From positions 129,612 through 193,611 of the forward strand of contig CAVWLQ010000002.1 of NCBI GenBank assembly GCA_963755995.1: a stretch of DNA of 64,000 nucleotides. Reading direction: 5' to 3'. Under the pieces are notes generated by a model. It made no database searches, had not been told where the DNA came from, and was given only the letters and a program-made list of their open reading frames with translations. The DNA comes from an uncultured Chloroflexia bacterium. GTDB lineage: Bacteria > Chloroflexota > Limnocylindria > Limnocylindrales > CSP1-4. The translations under genes were made by a program, and so were the position numbers. Below are positions 51,553 through 61,511 of this stretch, in pieces (position 1 is the stretch's first letter; every line of letters begins with the position of its first letter).

Positions 51553-53196
51553 TCAGGCGGAGACCGGTGAGCCCGGTCCGAGCGGGATGCCGAGGACGAA
51601 CCAGACGACCAGGAACACGGTCCAGGCGATGAGGAGGATCACCGAGTACGGGATCATCAGCGAGACGATCGTGCCGACCCCGGCGGTCTTCTCGTAGCGC
51701 TGGGCGAAGACCACGATGACCGCGAAGTACGCCATCAGCGGCGTGATCACGTTGAACGGCGAGTCCCCCACCCGGTAGGCCGCCAGCACGAGCTGCGGTG
51801 CGATCCCGAGCCGCAGGAAGAGCGGGATGAAGATCGGGGCGAAGATCGCCCACTTGGGGATGACGCCCGGGATGATGATGTCCAGGAGCGCGGTGACGAG
51901 GACGAACCCGACCAGCAGGGGGATCGGACCGAGGCCGGCCGTCTCGAGCGCATCCGCCAGGACCACCGCGAGCACCGTCGCGATGTTGGTGTAATTGAAG
52001 AACGCGATGAACTGGGCGATGATCAGGAGCAGGAAGATCAGGCCGGCCAGGCCCGCGTAGGTCTTCACGACGGCGTTGATGGCCTCGACGCTGCCGGCGA
52101 TCGTGTGGGCACCCTTGCCGTAGGCGTAGCCGGCGACGCCGAAGAAGATGCTGATGATGACCAGGATCCCGGTCATGAACGGCGAGTTGCCGAAGATCTC
52201 GCCGGTGTCCGGGTTGCGCAACGGCGCTCCCGGCGGCAGCGTCAGGAGGAGGACGAAGACGAGCACGCCCAGGAAGCCGTACAGCGCGTAGCGCAAGCCG
52301 CGGCGTTCCTCCTCGGGAACGACGTCGGTCGGTTCGGCGACGGCGTGACCCGTGTATGGGCCGAGCCGCGGCTCGATGACCTTCTCGGTCAGGATCGTGA
52401 TGATGATCGCGAGAAAGAAGGTCGACACGACGGCGAAGAAGAAGTTGGCCGTGACCTCGATCGTCGCCGACGGGTCGACCAGGGCGATCAATTCGTTCGC
52501 CACCTCGGTCATGATCCCGTCGATCGGCGCGATCAGGAGGTTGACCCCGAACGCCGCGCCGACCCCGGCGAAGCCCGCCGCGAGCCCCGCCAGCGGATGC
52601 CGCCCCATGCTGTGGAAGGCGGCCGCAGCGAGCGGGATCAGGACCAGGTAGCCGGCGTCCGTCGCGACGCTCGACAGGATCCCGATGAGCACGATGATGA
52701 ACGTGATCAGGCGGAGCGGCGACACCCGGACGAGCAGGCGGATGAGCGCGCCGATGAGCCCGGCCTCCTCGGCCAGCCCGACGCCGAGCATGGCCACGAG
52801 GATGATCCCGACCACGCCGAAGTTGTTGAAGTTGGCGACCGGCGACGTGATCATGAAGCGGATCCCGTCGGCCGTCAGGAGGCCCTTGACCGCCGTCGTC
52901 TCCTGTTGCACGTGGAGGTCTTCCTCGTGGTAGTCGAAGGCGGGCGGGACGAACGGGACCTCGACCGAGCTGCCCGGGGGATAGCCCTGCTCGCCGGCGA
53001 CCGGCGGCGGCTCGACGACGTCGTAGGTGACGCTCGCCCCGACGATGTACAGGATCTGGGAGAGGACGATCACCCCGGCGATCAGGATGATGAAGATGAT
53101 CGCTGGGTGCGGGACCTTGTTGCCGACGCGCTCGATGGTGTCGAGCATGCGTCCCATGAACGTGTGCTGCGGGGCTGGGGCGGTCGCTTCCGTCAC
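51553..53196 (-). CDS. abgT: AbgT/MtrF-family transporter (p-aminobenzoyl-glutamate/antimetabolite transporter family)
   Basis: 547 aa polytopic. AbgT family N-terminal block MLDTIERVGNKVPHPAIIFIILIAGVIV and conserved C-terminal repeats. Confidence 0.85.
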   Translation of the reverse strand: MTEATAPAPQHTFMGRMLDTIERVGNKVPHPAIIFIILIAGVIVLSQILYIVGASVTYDVVEPPPVAGEQGYPPGSSVEVPFVPPAFDYHEEDLHVQQETTAVKGLLTADGIRFMITSPVANFNNFGVVGIILVAMLGVGLAEEAGLIGALIRLLVRVSPLRLITFIIVLIGILSSVATDAGYLVLIPLAAAAFHSMGRHPLAGLAAGFAGVGAAFGVNLLIAPIDGIMTEVANELIALVDPSATIEVTANFFFAVVSTFFLAIIITILTEKVIEPRLGPYTGHAVAEPTDVVPEEERRGLRYALYGFLGVLVFVLLLTLPPGAPLRNPDTGEIFGNSPFMTGILVIISIFFGVAGYAYGKGAHTIAGSVEAINAVVKTYAGLAGLIFLLLIIAQFIAFFNYTNIATVLAVVLADALETAGLGPIPLLVGFVLVTALLDIIIPGVIPKWAIFAPIFIPLFLRLGIAPQLVLAAYRVGDSPFNVITPLMAYFAVIVVFAQRYEKTAGVGTIVSLMIPYSVILLIAWTVFLVVWFVLGIPLGPGSPVSA

Positions 53197-53236
53197 GGTC
53201 GGGCTCCTGGGTAGCGTGTCCTTCGGGTGGGACCGG

Positions 53237-54790
53237 TCAGCCCAGTGGCGGCCGGAAATGCACGGCGAGATCGCTCAGGAGACGGGTGCCGAACGCCGTC
53301 GCGCCGGTCGATCGCCACGAGTCGTCGGTGTCGGTCATCATCGGCCCGCAGATGTCCAGGTGACCGAACGGGACGGCACCCGTGAACTCCTCGAGGAAGA
53401 GCCCCGCTGTGATCGTGCCGGCGTTCTCGCCGCCGAGGTTCTTGATGTCCGCGATCGCCGAGTCGAGCTTGCGCCGGTAGCGTTTGACCAGCGGCAGCTC
53501 CCAGACCGGCTCGTCCGTCCGCGCACCCGCGGCCTCGATCTGGTCGACCAGGACGGGGTCGTTGCCGAGCGTCGCCGCGAGCGCCGTCCCGAAGGTCCGG
53601 AGCGCGGCGCCGGTCAACGTCGCGATGGTGACGATGGCGTCCGGCGGCGGATCGAGCTCGGTGGCCAGGACGAGCGCGTCGGCCATGACCAGGCGCCCCT
53701 CGGCGTCCGTGTTGAACACCTCCACCGTCATGCCGCCGCGGATCGTCAGCACGTCCCCGAGGCGCATCGCCTTGCCCGAGGGCATGTTGTCCGTGCACAT
53801 GAGGTAGCCCGTGACCGCCGTCGTGCAGCCCAGGTCGCGCAGCGTGAGCATCGACCCGAGGACCGCCGCCGCGCCCGACATGTCCTGCTTCATCGCCGCG
53901 TGCATCGCGTCCGACGGCTTGAGGCTGATCCCGCCCGCGTCGTACATGATCCCCTTGCCGACCAACGCCAGGTGGCCGGCGGGGCTCGCCGGCGCCCCGT
54001 CCGTGGCGGCCGGCGTATAGGTCAGCTTGATCATCCGTGGCGGCTCGTCGCTGCCCATGTTCACGCCGAGCAGGCCGCCGCAGCCGAGCGCCACCAGCGC
54101 GTCCTTGTCGAAGACCTCCACGCCGAGCCCCGCCGGCGGGCCGAGGACGAGTGCCATCTCCGCCATCCGGGTGGCCGTCAGATGGGTGGCGGGCGTGTTG
54201 GCCAGGTCACGGGCGATCTGGACCGCTTCCGCAGTGATGCGGCCGCGCGCGGCACCGGTCTCGAGACCTCCTGCACGGTCGCCCGCGGAGACCAGGGTCA
54301 GGGCGGTGAGCGCCGCCTCCGATGGGCGGTCCACGAACGCCCGGTACCGGTAGCGGGCCAGGAGGACGCCTTCCACGATGGCCTGTCCGGCGGTCTCCGG
54401 ATCCACGTCGGCGATGTCGCCGAGCGTCGTCGCCAGGCGTGCGTCGCGGGCGGCCGCCCGGGCGAAGGCCGCGGCCGCGTCACGCAGACCGGCGGCATCG
54501 AGCCCACCCGGATCGCCGATACCCACCGCGACCACGACCGGCCGGGCGCCACGCGGAAGGGCAAGCGTCTGTCCGAGCGCACCGGTGAAGCCGCTCTCGA
54601 GAAGCAGCGCACGATCGACGCCGATGGCCGGCGGGACGTCGCCGGCGGTCGCGACGGGGATGCCGATCGCCTGGGTGTCGTCGGCCGGTGACGACGCGAT
54701 GTCGATGGTCAGTGCCGCGGAGCGCGCTCGCGACGGGAGCGGGTCGAAACCCGCCACCGCCCGCGTGACGCGGCTGCCAGATCGCTCCAT
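53237..54790 (-). CDS. pepA: Leucyl aminopeptidase (M17 family)
   Basis: M17 signature NTDAEGRLVMADAL. VGKGIMYDAGGISLKP. Start at Met MERSGSRV. Confidence 0.85.
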   Translation of the reverse strand: MERSGSRVTRAVAGFDPLPSRARSAALTIDIASSPADDTQAIGIPVATAGDVPPAIGVDRALLLESGFTGALGQTLALPRGARPVVVAVGIGDPGGLDAAGLRDAAAAFARAAARDARLATTLGDIADVDPETAGQAIVEGVLLARYRYRAFVDRPSEAALTALTLVSAGDRAGGLETGAARGRITAEAVQIARDLANTPATHLTATRMAEMALVLGPPAGLGVEVFDKDALVALGCGGLLGVNMGSDEPPRMIKLTYTPAATDGAPASPAGHLALVGKGIMYDAGGISLKPSDAMHAAMKQDMSGAAAVLGSMLTLRDLGCTTAVTGYLMCTDNMPSGKAMRLGDVLTIRGGMTVEVFNTDAEGRLVMADALVLATELDPPPDAIVTIATLTGAALRTFGTALAATLGNDPVLVDQIEAAGARTDEPVWELPLVKRYRRKLDSAIADIKNLGGENAGTITAGLFLEEFTGAVPFGHLDICGPMMTDTDDSWRSTGATAFGTRLLSDLAVHFRPPLG

Positions 54791-54913
54791 GAGTACCCCC
54801 GAATGGGCGAACCCGTCTTCCACGCCGCTACAGGGACTCATCGGCGGTGGACGATCCTCCACGGGTAGAATCCGGCCCGTACCGCAAGGATGTCAACTTC
54901 GTGAAGGGGACCG

Positions 54914-57539
54914 GTGCGGATCCTGAAGCGCGGCCTCGAGTTGTTGCTCGTCGTCGCGCTGGTGGCCGTGGTCGCGACGGCCGGCTTCCTCACCTGGGTC
55001 ACCGTCCGGGCGATGCCCGAGACGACCGGGACGATCAGGGCCACCGGGCTCGGCGCGGCGGTCACGGTCGCCCGCGACGGGGCCGGGATCGCGCACATCA
55101 CGGCCGACACGCCGCACGACCTCTTCTTCGCGCAGGGCTACGTCCACGCCAGCGAGCGGATGTGGCAGATGGAGGTCTGGCGGCACATCTCCGCCGGCCG
55201 GCTGTCCGAGGTGTTCGGGGCGAGCCAGCTCGACACGGACAAGTTCATCCGGACCCTCGGCTGGCGTGTCGCGGCCCAACGGGACCTCGATGCGGTCGCG
55301 CCGCCCGCCCGGGCCGTCCTCGACGCGTACACCCAGGGGGTCAACGCCTGGCTGGACGGGCATCGCGGGTCGCTCGGGCTGGCATTCCTCGTCGCCGGCG
55401 TCACGCCCGAGCCCTGGACGGACCTCGACACCGTCGCGTGGGGCAAAGTCCAGGCGTGGAACCTGGGCGGCAACTTCGACTCCGAGGTGTTCCGGTACCT
55501 GGCCGACCAGCAGCTGGGCGACCCGGCCCGGACGGATGAGCTGTTCCCCGCCTACCGCGACGGCGCTCCGATCATCACCCCGACCGGTCTGCCCGGCTCG
55601 GGTGGCGCCGGCAACCCGCGCGCCAAGCCACCCACCGGCGCGGGCTCGACGGGGACGACGGCGACCCCACGCCCGGTGGGGGCGGCCGTCAACGGCCCGG
55701 ACGCGCCGCCCTTCCTCGGTCCCGATGAGGCGGCGGCCTGGCACGCGCTCGCCGGCCTCGGCCAGGGGCTGCTCCGGACCGCCGGCCTGGACGCCGCGGA
55801 CGGCCTCGCCTCGGACCACGGGATCGGCTCGAACGACTGGGTCGTCGGCCCGGCCATGTCGGCGAGTGGCGGCGCGCTGCTCGCGAACGACCCGCACCTG
55901 GGCATCTCGATGCCCTCGATCTGGTACCTCAACGGGCTGCACTGCCGGTCGGTCTCGACCGCCTGTCCGTACGACGTGGCGGGCGTCTCGTTCCCGGGCG
56001 TGCCCGGCGTCGTCCTCGGCCACAACGCCCGGATCGCGTGGGGCGCGACCAACATCGATCCGGACGTCCAGGACCTCGTCATCGAGAAGGTCGATCCGGC
56101 CGACCCGGGCGCCTACCTGCACGCCGGCGGCTCCGTGCCCTTCACGGTCCGCCACGAGCAGATCAAGGTCAGCGGCGCGGCGCCGGTCGACCTCGAGATC
56201 CGCTCGACCGTTCACGGGCCGATCCTCAACGGGGTCGACGACCGCCTTGCCGACGCCCCGCCGATGGCGATCCGCTGGACCGCCACCCTCGAGGCGGACC
56301 GGACGTTCGAGGCGATCCTCGGCCTGGACACGGCGGCCAGCTTCGCCGACTTCCGGGCGTCACTCTCGCTGTACGGCGCGCCCGCCCAGAACTTCGTCTA
56401 CGCCGACGTCGACGGCCACATCGGCTACCAGTTCCCGGGTTACGTCCCGATCCGCTCGGCAAAGGCGGACCGCGGCGATCGACCGGTCCGTGGCGACGAC
56501 GGCAGCGGCGAGTGGACCGGTCGCGTGCCGTTCGACGACCTGCCGTGGCAGTACGATCCGGTCGACGGCGTCGTGGTCACCGCCAACAACGCCGCGGTGG
56601 ACGGTGAGTATCCCCACTTCATCGCCCAGGAATGGGACCCGGGCTTCCGCGCGGAGCGCATCCTGGACCTGATCGCCGCAGGCCGGGGCGGACGGCCTGA
56701 CCGTCCCCGAGATGGGGCAGATCCAGTTCGACGGCTCGCCGCTGGCCGCCCGGGACGTGGTCCAGTTCCTCGAGGGCACCCCAAAGACCGCCGACGGCGC
56801 GCTCATCTCGACCCGGATCGCCGATTGGGACGGGGTCTGCGACGAAGCGAGCGTCGGCTGCGCCGCGTTCAATGCGTGGCAGTACCGCGTCCAGCGCGAC
56901 ATCTTCGACGACGACCTGGGGCCGCTCGCGCGGGACTACGTCGGCAGCCCGTTCTCGTGGGTCGTGCTCCAGGGGCTGATCGACGACCCCACGTCGGCCT
57001 GGTGGGACGACATCGGCACGACCGGCGTGACCGAGACCGCGGACGACATCATCGGCCGCGCGATGGACGAGGCCGGTGCGGAGCTGCGCACCGCGCTCGG
57101 GGCGCCCGAGGGCTGGACGTGGGGCCGCCTGCACACGGCCACGTTCCGTGAGGCGACCCTGGGGACGAGCGGGATCGCACCGCTGGAGTGGTATTTCAAC
57201 GACGGTCCCCACCCGGTCTCCGGCACGGCCGGTGCGATCAACAACACCTACGTCCGGTTCGCGTCGGCCTATCCCGACCCGGACGACCCGACGGTCGTGC
57301 CCGTTGGCATCGACCACGTCTTCGACATGACCAACATGCCGAGCTATCGGCTGACCATCGATATGAGCGACCTCGATGGTGCGCGGGTCGTCATCACGAC
57401 CGGCCAGTCCGGCAACCCGTTCGACCGGCACTACGCCGACCAGGTCGGCCCGTGGCGTCGCGGCGAGACGGTGCCCCTGCTGTTCACGCCGGCCGCAATC
57501 GCGGGGGCGACGGTCGCGACGCTGACCTTGACGCCCTGA
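54914..57539 (+). pseudogene. Penicillin amidase / acyl-homoserine-lactone acylase family (S45 Ntn-hydrolase), N-terminal TM anchor; frameshift near 56690-56700
   Basis: N-terminal part (frame of 54914) includes the alpha-subunit and nucleophile region (GIGSNDWVVG). C-terminal part continues in the frame of 56712 (GQIQFDGSPLAARDVVQFLEG...). Confidence 0.8.
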
Positions 57540-57552
57540 GCGTCACGACCGG

Positions 57553-58110
57553 TCAGGCGCTCGGCGTGCCGGTGAAGTCCTTCTGGAGCCGAGCCGCGAA
57601 CGGTGAGCGGACGGGCACATCGGGGAAGACCGACGCCGCCTCGGTGGTCGGCGAGATCCATTCGACCAGGAGGCGGTTGACGATGATCGTCGGCAGGTCG
57701 CGGGCCACGATCGCGCCGGCTGCCTCGTAGGCGATCGTCGCGTTCGTGAGCGGCACCATCGGGTCCCGCTTGAGCACGTCGGCGACCGCGTCGCGGCCCG
57801 CCTGGGTGTGGATCCGGCCGAGGACCATGTACGGCCCGATCGAGAGGTGCAGACGGGCCGTCTGGAGCGAGACGCGCTGCTTCTCGTTGCCGCGCGGCCC
57901 GGTCGCGACGACCGCGAGCAGGTCGCTCCGTTCGATCGACACGCTGTCGATGGCGGCCTTGTGGCCGTCCTCGAGGCTCTCGCATTCGACGTGGTGGACC
58001 AGGTAGCGCTCCTGGCCGTTGAGGAAGTCGGTCAGGCGCTCGCCGAACATCGTCATCTTGCCCATGATCGTGCAGTCGGCGGCGAACCCGAGGAATTCGA
58101 TCGGTTGCAT
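57553..58110 (-). CDS. Hypothetical protein (185 aa), last gene of the sufB-sufD-Rieske transcription unit
   Basis: Clean ORF with no recognised domain (LVHHVECESLEDGHKAAIDSV...). Confidence 0.5.
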   Translation of the reverse strand: MQPIEFLGFAADCTIMGKMTMFGERLTDFLNGQERYLVHHVECESLEDGHKAAIDSVSIERSDLLAVVATGPRGNEKQRVSLQTARLHLSIGPYMVLGRIHTQAGRDAVADVLKRDPMVPLTNATIAYEAAGAIVARDLPTIIVNRLLVEWISPTTEAASVFPDVPVRSPFAARLQKDFTGTPSA

Positions 58111-58178
58111 GGTCGGGCCACGCTAGCCTCGGACGATGGCCTCCCGATACCGGCCATTCGTACCACGGCCCACGGGCC

Positions 58179-58514
58179 TCACTCGTTCACCTCGAGCGGG
58201 CCGTCGGGAACCTCGATGAGGATCCGGCCACCCTCGACGACGACCGAGTAGACCGCGAGCGGCAGCTCCGCGGGTGGGTCGAGCGGCTCGCCGTTCTCGA
58301 GATCGAAGCGCGACAGGTGCAGGGCGCAGGTCAGCGTGCCGGCCGTCAGGAAGCCCTTGTCGAGCTCGAAGTACTCGTGGCTGCAGATGCCCTGGACGGC
58401 GCGGAGGTCGCCGTTGGAGTTGATCACGAGGACCTGGTCGGTGCCGTCCACCCAGGCCATCTTCATCGTGCCCGGCGGGACCTCGTCGACCCCCAGGAGG
58501 TCGATCCGTCTCAC
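58179..58514 (-). CDS. Rieske [2Fe-2S] ferredoxin-like protein (suf-associated)
   Basis: CSHEYFELDKGF...CALHLSRFDLENGEP (CxH...CxxH boxes). GTG start overlaps the sufD stop (GTGA). Confidence 0.8.
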   Translation of the reverse strand: MRRIDLLGVDEVPPGTMKMAWVDGTDQVLVINSNGDLRAVQGICSHEYFELDKGFLTAGTLTCALHLSRFDLENGEPLDPPAELPLAVYSVVVEGGRILIEVPDGPLEVNE

Positions 58515-59897
58515 GCGGCGGCGACGCCACCCGTGCCGAGCCCCGCTCCGGCGTCCCACTTCGCCTCGAGACGCTCGCGCAGCCGGTCCTGGGCCTCGAC
58601 CAGCGGGACGCGGGCGACGACCGGCTCGAGGAAGCCGAGGACGATGAACTTGCGCGCCTCGTCGGGCGGGATGCCACGGCTCTCGAGGTAGAACAGCTGG
58701 GTCTCGTCGATCGGGCCGACCGAGCTCGCGTGCGCGGCGCGGCGGCAGTCGGGCTGGTCGATCTCCAGGCTCGGGATGGCGACCGAGCGGGTCGCCTTGG
58801 ACAGGTTCATCCCGAACTCGCCCAGGTAGCTGTCGGTCCCGACCGCGGACTTCTCGATGACGATCATGCCCTTCATGAAGGACTTGGCCCTGTCCATCAG
58901 CGCGCCCTTCGACAGCAGGTTGCCGGTCGTGTCGCGGCCGATGGTGGCGCGTGTACGAGGTCAGGTCGAACAGCTGGTCCTCGCCGCCGAACACGATCTC
59001 GACCTGCTCGACCGAGCTCCGGTCGCCGTCGAGGACGTTGTCCACCCGGCTCCGCGTGAGCCGGGAACCGAGCTGGGCGAGCGCCCAGTGGAGGGTCGCC
59101 CCCTCGCCGACGACGGCATGGCGATGCTGGAATGCGACGGTCGAGGTCGACAGCTCCTGGAGGCTGGAGACCGACAGCTTCGCCTCGCGGCCGAGCGTCA
59201 CCTCCATCGTCCCGGTGAAGAGGCCCGGGCGACCATCGGCCTCGTCGCCCGACGGGACGAGCTCCTCGAGCAGGCTGACCTCCGCGCCGTCGCCGACCTC
59301 GACGATCGTCCGCGTGATCAGGGCTCGATCCGGGCGCACCGACGGCCCAGCGGATGACGATCGGCTCGCTCGAGGCGGACGCCGGCGGGGACGCGCAGGA
59401 CGACGCCGTGGGTCCAGCCCGCGCGGGTCAGCTGGGCGAGCTTGTCGTCCTCGGGCAGGGAGCCGGCGTCGGGCGACCAGCGCCTCGGCGGCGTCATCGT
59501 CGACGAACGTCGCCGAGCGTCTCGAGCGTGACGCCGGCCGTCGGCCGCGGCGGCGTCGAGCGCGAGGATCTCGACGCCGTCCTCTCGGAACGAGGCGAGG
59601 CCGGCCGTCCCGGCGTCGGGCTCGGTCCCGTGCGGGAGCAGGTCGTCGGCGTCGGGCGCGGGCATACGGGGCCACGTCATCGAGGACCGCGGTCCGCAGG
59701 TCGACGTAGGTCGTGTACAGCATGTTCGACTCGATCGGCAGCGCCTCGAACCGGGCGAGGGCGGCCCGCCGGTCGGCGCTGAGCCAGGCGGGCTCGCCGT
59801 CGGTGATCCGATCGACGTGCCCGTCGTCGAACGGGAACGAGAGGTCCGAGGGCGAGCGACGGGCGGGCCGGACGCGTGACGCCGGAGCGTCGGTCAT
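58511..59897 (-). pseudogene. sufD: Fe-S cluster assembly protein SufD; three frameshifts (about 59690, 59320, 58900)
   Basis: Segments MTDAPASRV...TTYVDLRTAV (frame 2), DLLPHGTEPDAGTAGLASFREDGVEILALD...GVVLRVPAGVRLE (frame 1), LITRTIVEVGDGAEVSLLEE...VAFQHRHAVVGEGATLHW...QLFDLTSYTRH (frame 2), MKGMIVIEKSAVGTDSYLGEF...QLFYLESRGIPPDEARKFIVLGF (frame 1). ATGA overlap with sufB. Confidence 0.75.
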
Positions 59898-61297
59898 CCG
59901 AGCGACCCCTCCATCTCGAGCTTGACCAGCCGGTTGAACTCGATGGCGTACTCCATCGGGAGCTCCTTGGTGAAGACCTCGAGGAAGCCCTGCACGATGA
60001 GGTTGGTCGCCTCGTTCTCGGTCAGGCCGCGGCTCATCAGGTAGAAGACCTGGTCCGCGCTGACCTTGCCGACGGTCGCCTCGTGGGTCATCGAGGTGTC
60101 GTCTTCCTGGATGTCGATGTACGGGTAGGTGTCGCTCCGGCTGATGTCGTCCATCATCAGCGCGTCGCAGCGGACGCTGGCCACGACGTTCGTGGCGCCC
60201 GGCGAGACCTTGAGCTGGCCGCGATAGGTCGCCCGGCCGCCGTCCTTGGAGACGGACTTGCTGACGATCCGCGAGCGCGTGTTGGGGGCGAGGTGGACGG
60301 CCTTGGCGCCGGTGTCCTGGTGCTGGCCCTTGCCCGCGACCGCGACGCTGATGATGTCCGCCGTGGCGCCCTCGCCGCGCAGGTAGATGGCCGGGAACTT
60401 GACCGTCTTGCGCGAGCCGGTGTTCGCGTCGATCCACTCGACCGTCGAGTTCTCGTACGCGTGGGCGCGCTTGGTCACCAGGTTGTAGACGTCGTTCGAC
60501 CAGTTCTGGATGGTGGTGTAGCGGACCTTCGAGCCGGGCAGCGCGACGACCTCGACGACCGCCACGTGGAGCGACTCGGTGGCGTAGATCGGGGCGGTGC
60601 AGCCCTCGATGTAGTGGACCTTGGCGCCCTCGTCGACGACGATCAGCGTCCGCTCGAACTGGCCCGTGTTCTCGCCGTTGATCCGGAAGTAGGCCTGCAG
60701 GGGGAGCGGGACCTCGACGCCCTTGGGCACGTACACGAACGAGCCGCCGGACCAGACCGCCGCGTTGAGGGCGGAGAACTTGTTGTCCTCGGCGGGCACG
60801 ACCGTGCCGAAGTGCTTGCGGAAGATCTCCGGGTACTCGATCAGCGCCTGGTCCGTGCCCATGAACACGACACCGAGCTTGGACAGCTCTTCCTTGACCG
60901 AGTGGTAGACCACCTCGGAGTCGTACTGGGCGCCGACGCCGGCGAGGAACTTGCGCTCCGCCTCGGGGATGCCCAGCCGCTCGAACGTCGCCTTGATCTG
61001 GTCCGGGACGTCGTCCCACGACTTCTCTTCGCGCTCGGACGGCTTGCGGTAGTAGACGATGTTGTCGAAGTTGATCCGGTCGAGCCCGTCCGTCCACGTC
61101 GGCAGCGGGCGCTTCATGAAGTGCTCGTAGGCGCGCAGGCGGTACTGGAGCATCCAGTCCGGCTCGTTCTTGAAGGCGCTGATCTCCTCGACCGTCGCAC
61201 GCGTCAGGCCGCGCTTGGTCTCGGCGAGGTAGGCGATGTCGTCGTGGAAGGCGAACTGATCGCGCTGGTCGGTGACGATCTCGCGGGTGGCGGTCAT
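59894..61297 (-). CDS. sufB: Fe-S cluster assembly protein SufB
   Basis: 467 aa, highly conserved (HYIEGCTAPIY, VKFPAIYLRGEGA, EATVGKVSADQVFYLMSRGL). Uninterrupted. Confidence 0.9.
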   Translation of the reverse strand: MTATREIVTDQRDQFAFHDDIAYLAETKRGLTRATVEEISAFKNEPDWMLQYRLRAYEHFMKRPLPTWTDGLDRINFDNIVYYRKPSEREEKSWDDVPDQIKATFERLGIPEAERKFLAGVGAQYDSEVVYHSVKEELSKLGVVFMGTDQALIEYPEIFRKHFGTVVPAEDNKFSALNAAVWSGGSFVYVPKGVEVPLPLQAYFRINGENTGQFERTLIVVDEGAKVHYIEGCTAPIYATESLHVAVVEVVALPGSKVRYTTIQNWSNDVYNLVTKRAHAYENSTVEWIDANTGSRKTVKFPAIYLRGEGATADIISVAVAGKGQHQDTGAKAVHLAPNTRSRIVSKSVSKDGGRATYRGQLKVSPGATNVVASVRCDALMMDDISRSDTYPYIDIQEDDTSMTHEATVGKVSADQVFYLMSRGLTENEATNLIVQGFLEVFTKELPMEYAIEFNRLVKLEMEGSLG

Positions 61298-61511
61298 CGG
61301 GTCTCCGGTCGTGGGTGGAGGCGGCGCGTCGAGCGTCGCGGGCGGGCTCGCGGGGCCTGTGTCTAATTCCGAGTCAGATTATCGGGATTAACGGCCGAAG
61401 CGTCAACGCGGGCCTCTTCCGCGACTTCGGCGGATGATGTTCCGGACGCCGACCAGCCACCGGGCGCGGAAGGGCTCGTCCGGTCGTGGGCCGGGTAGAT
61501 GGAGGTGCCCC

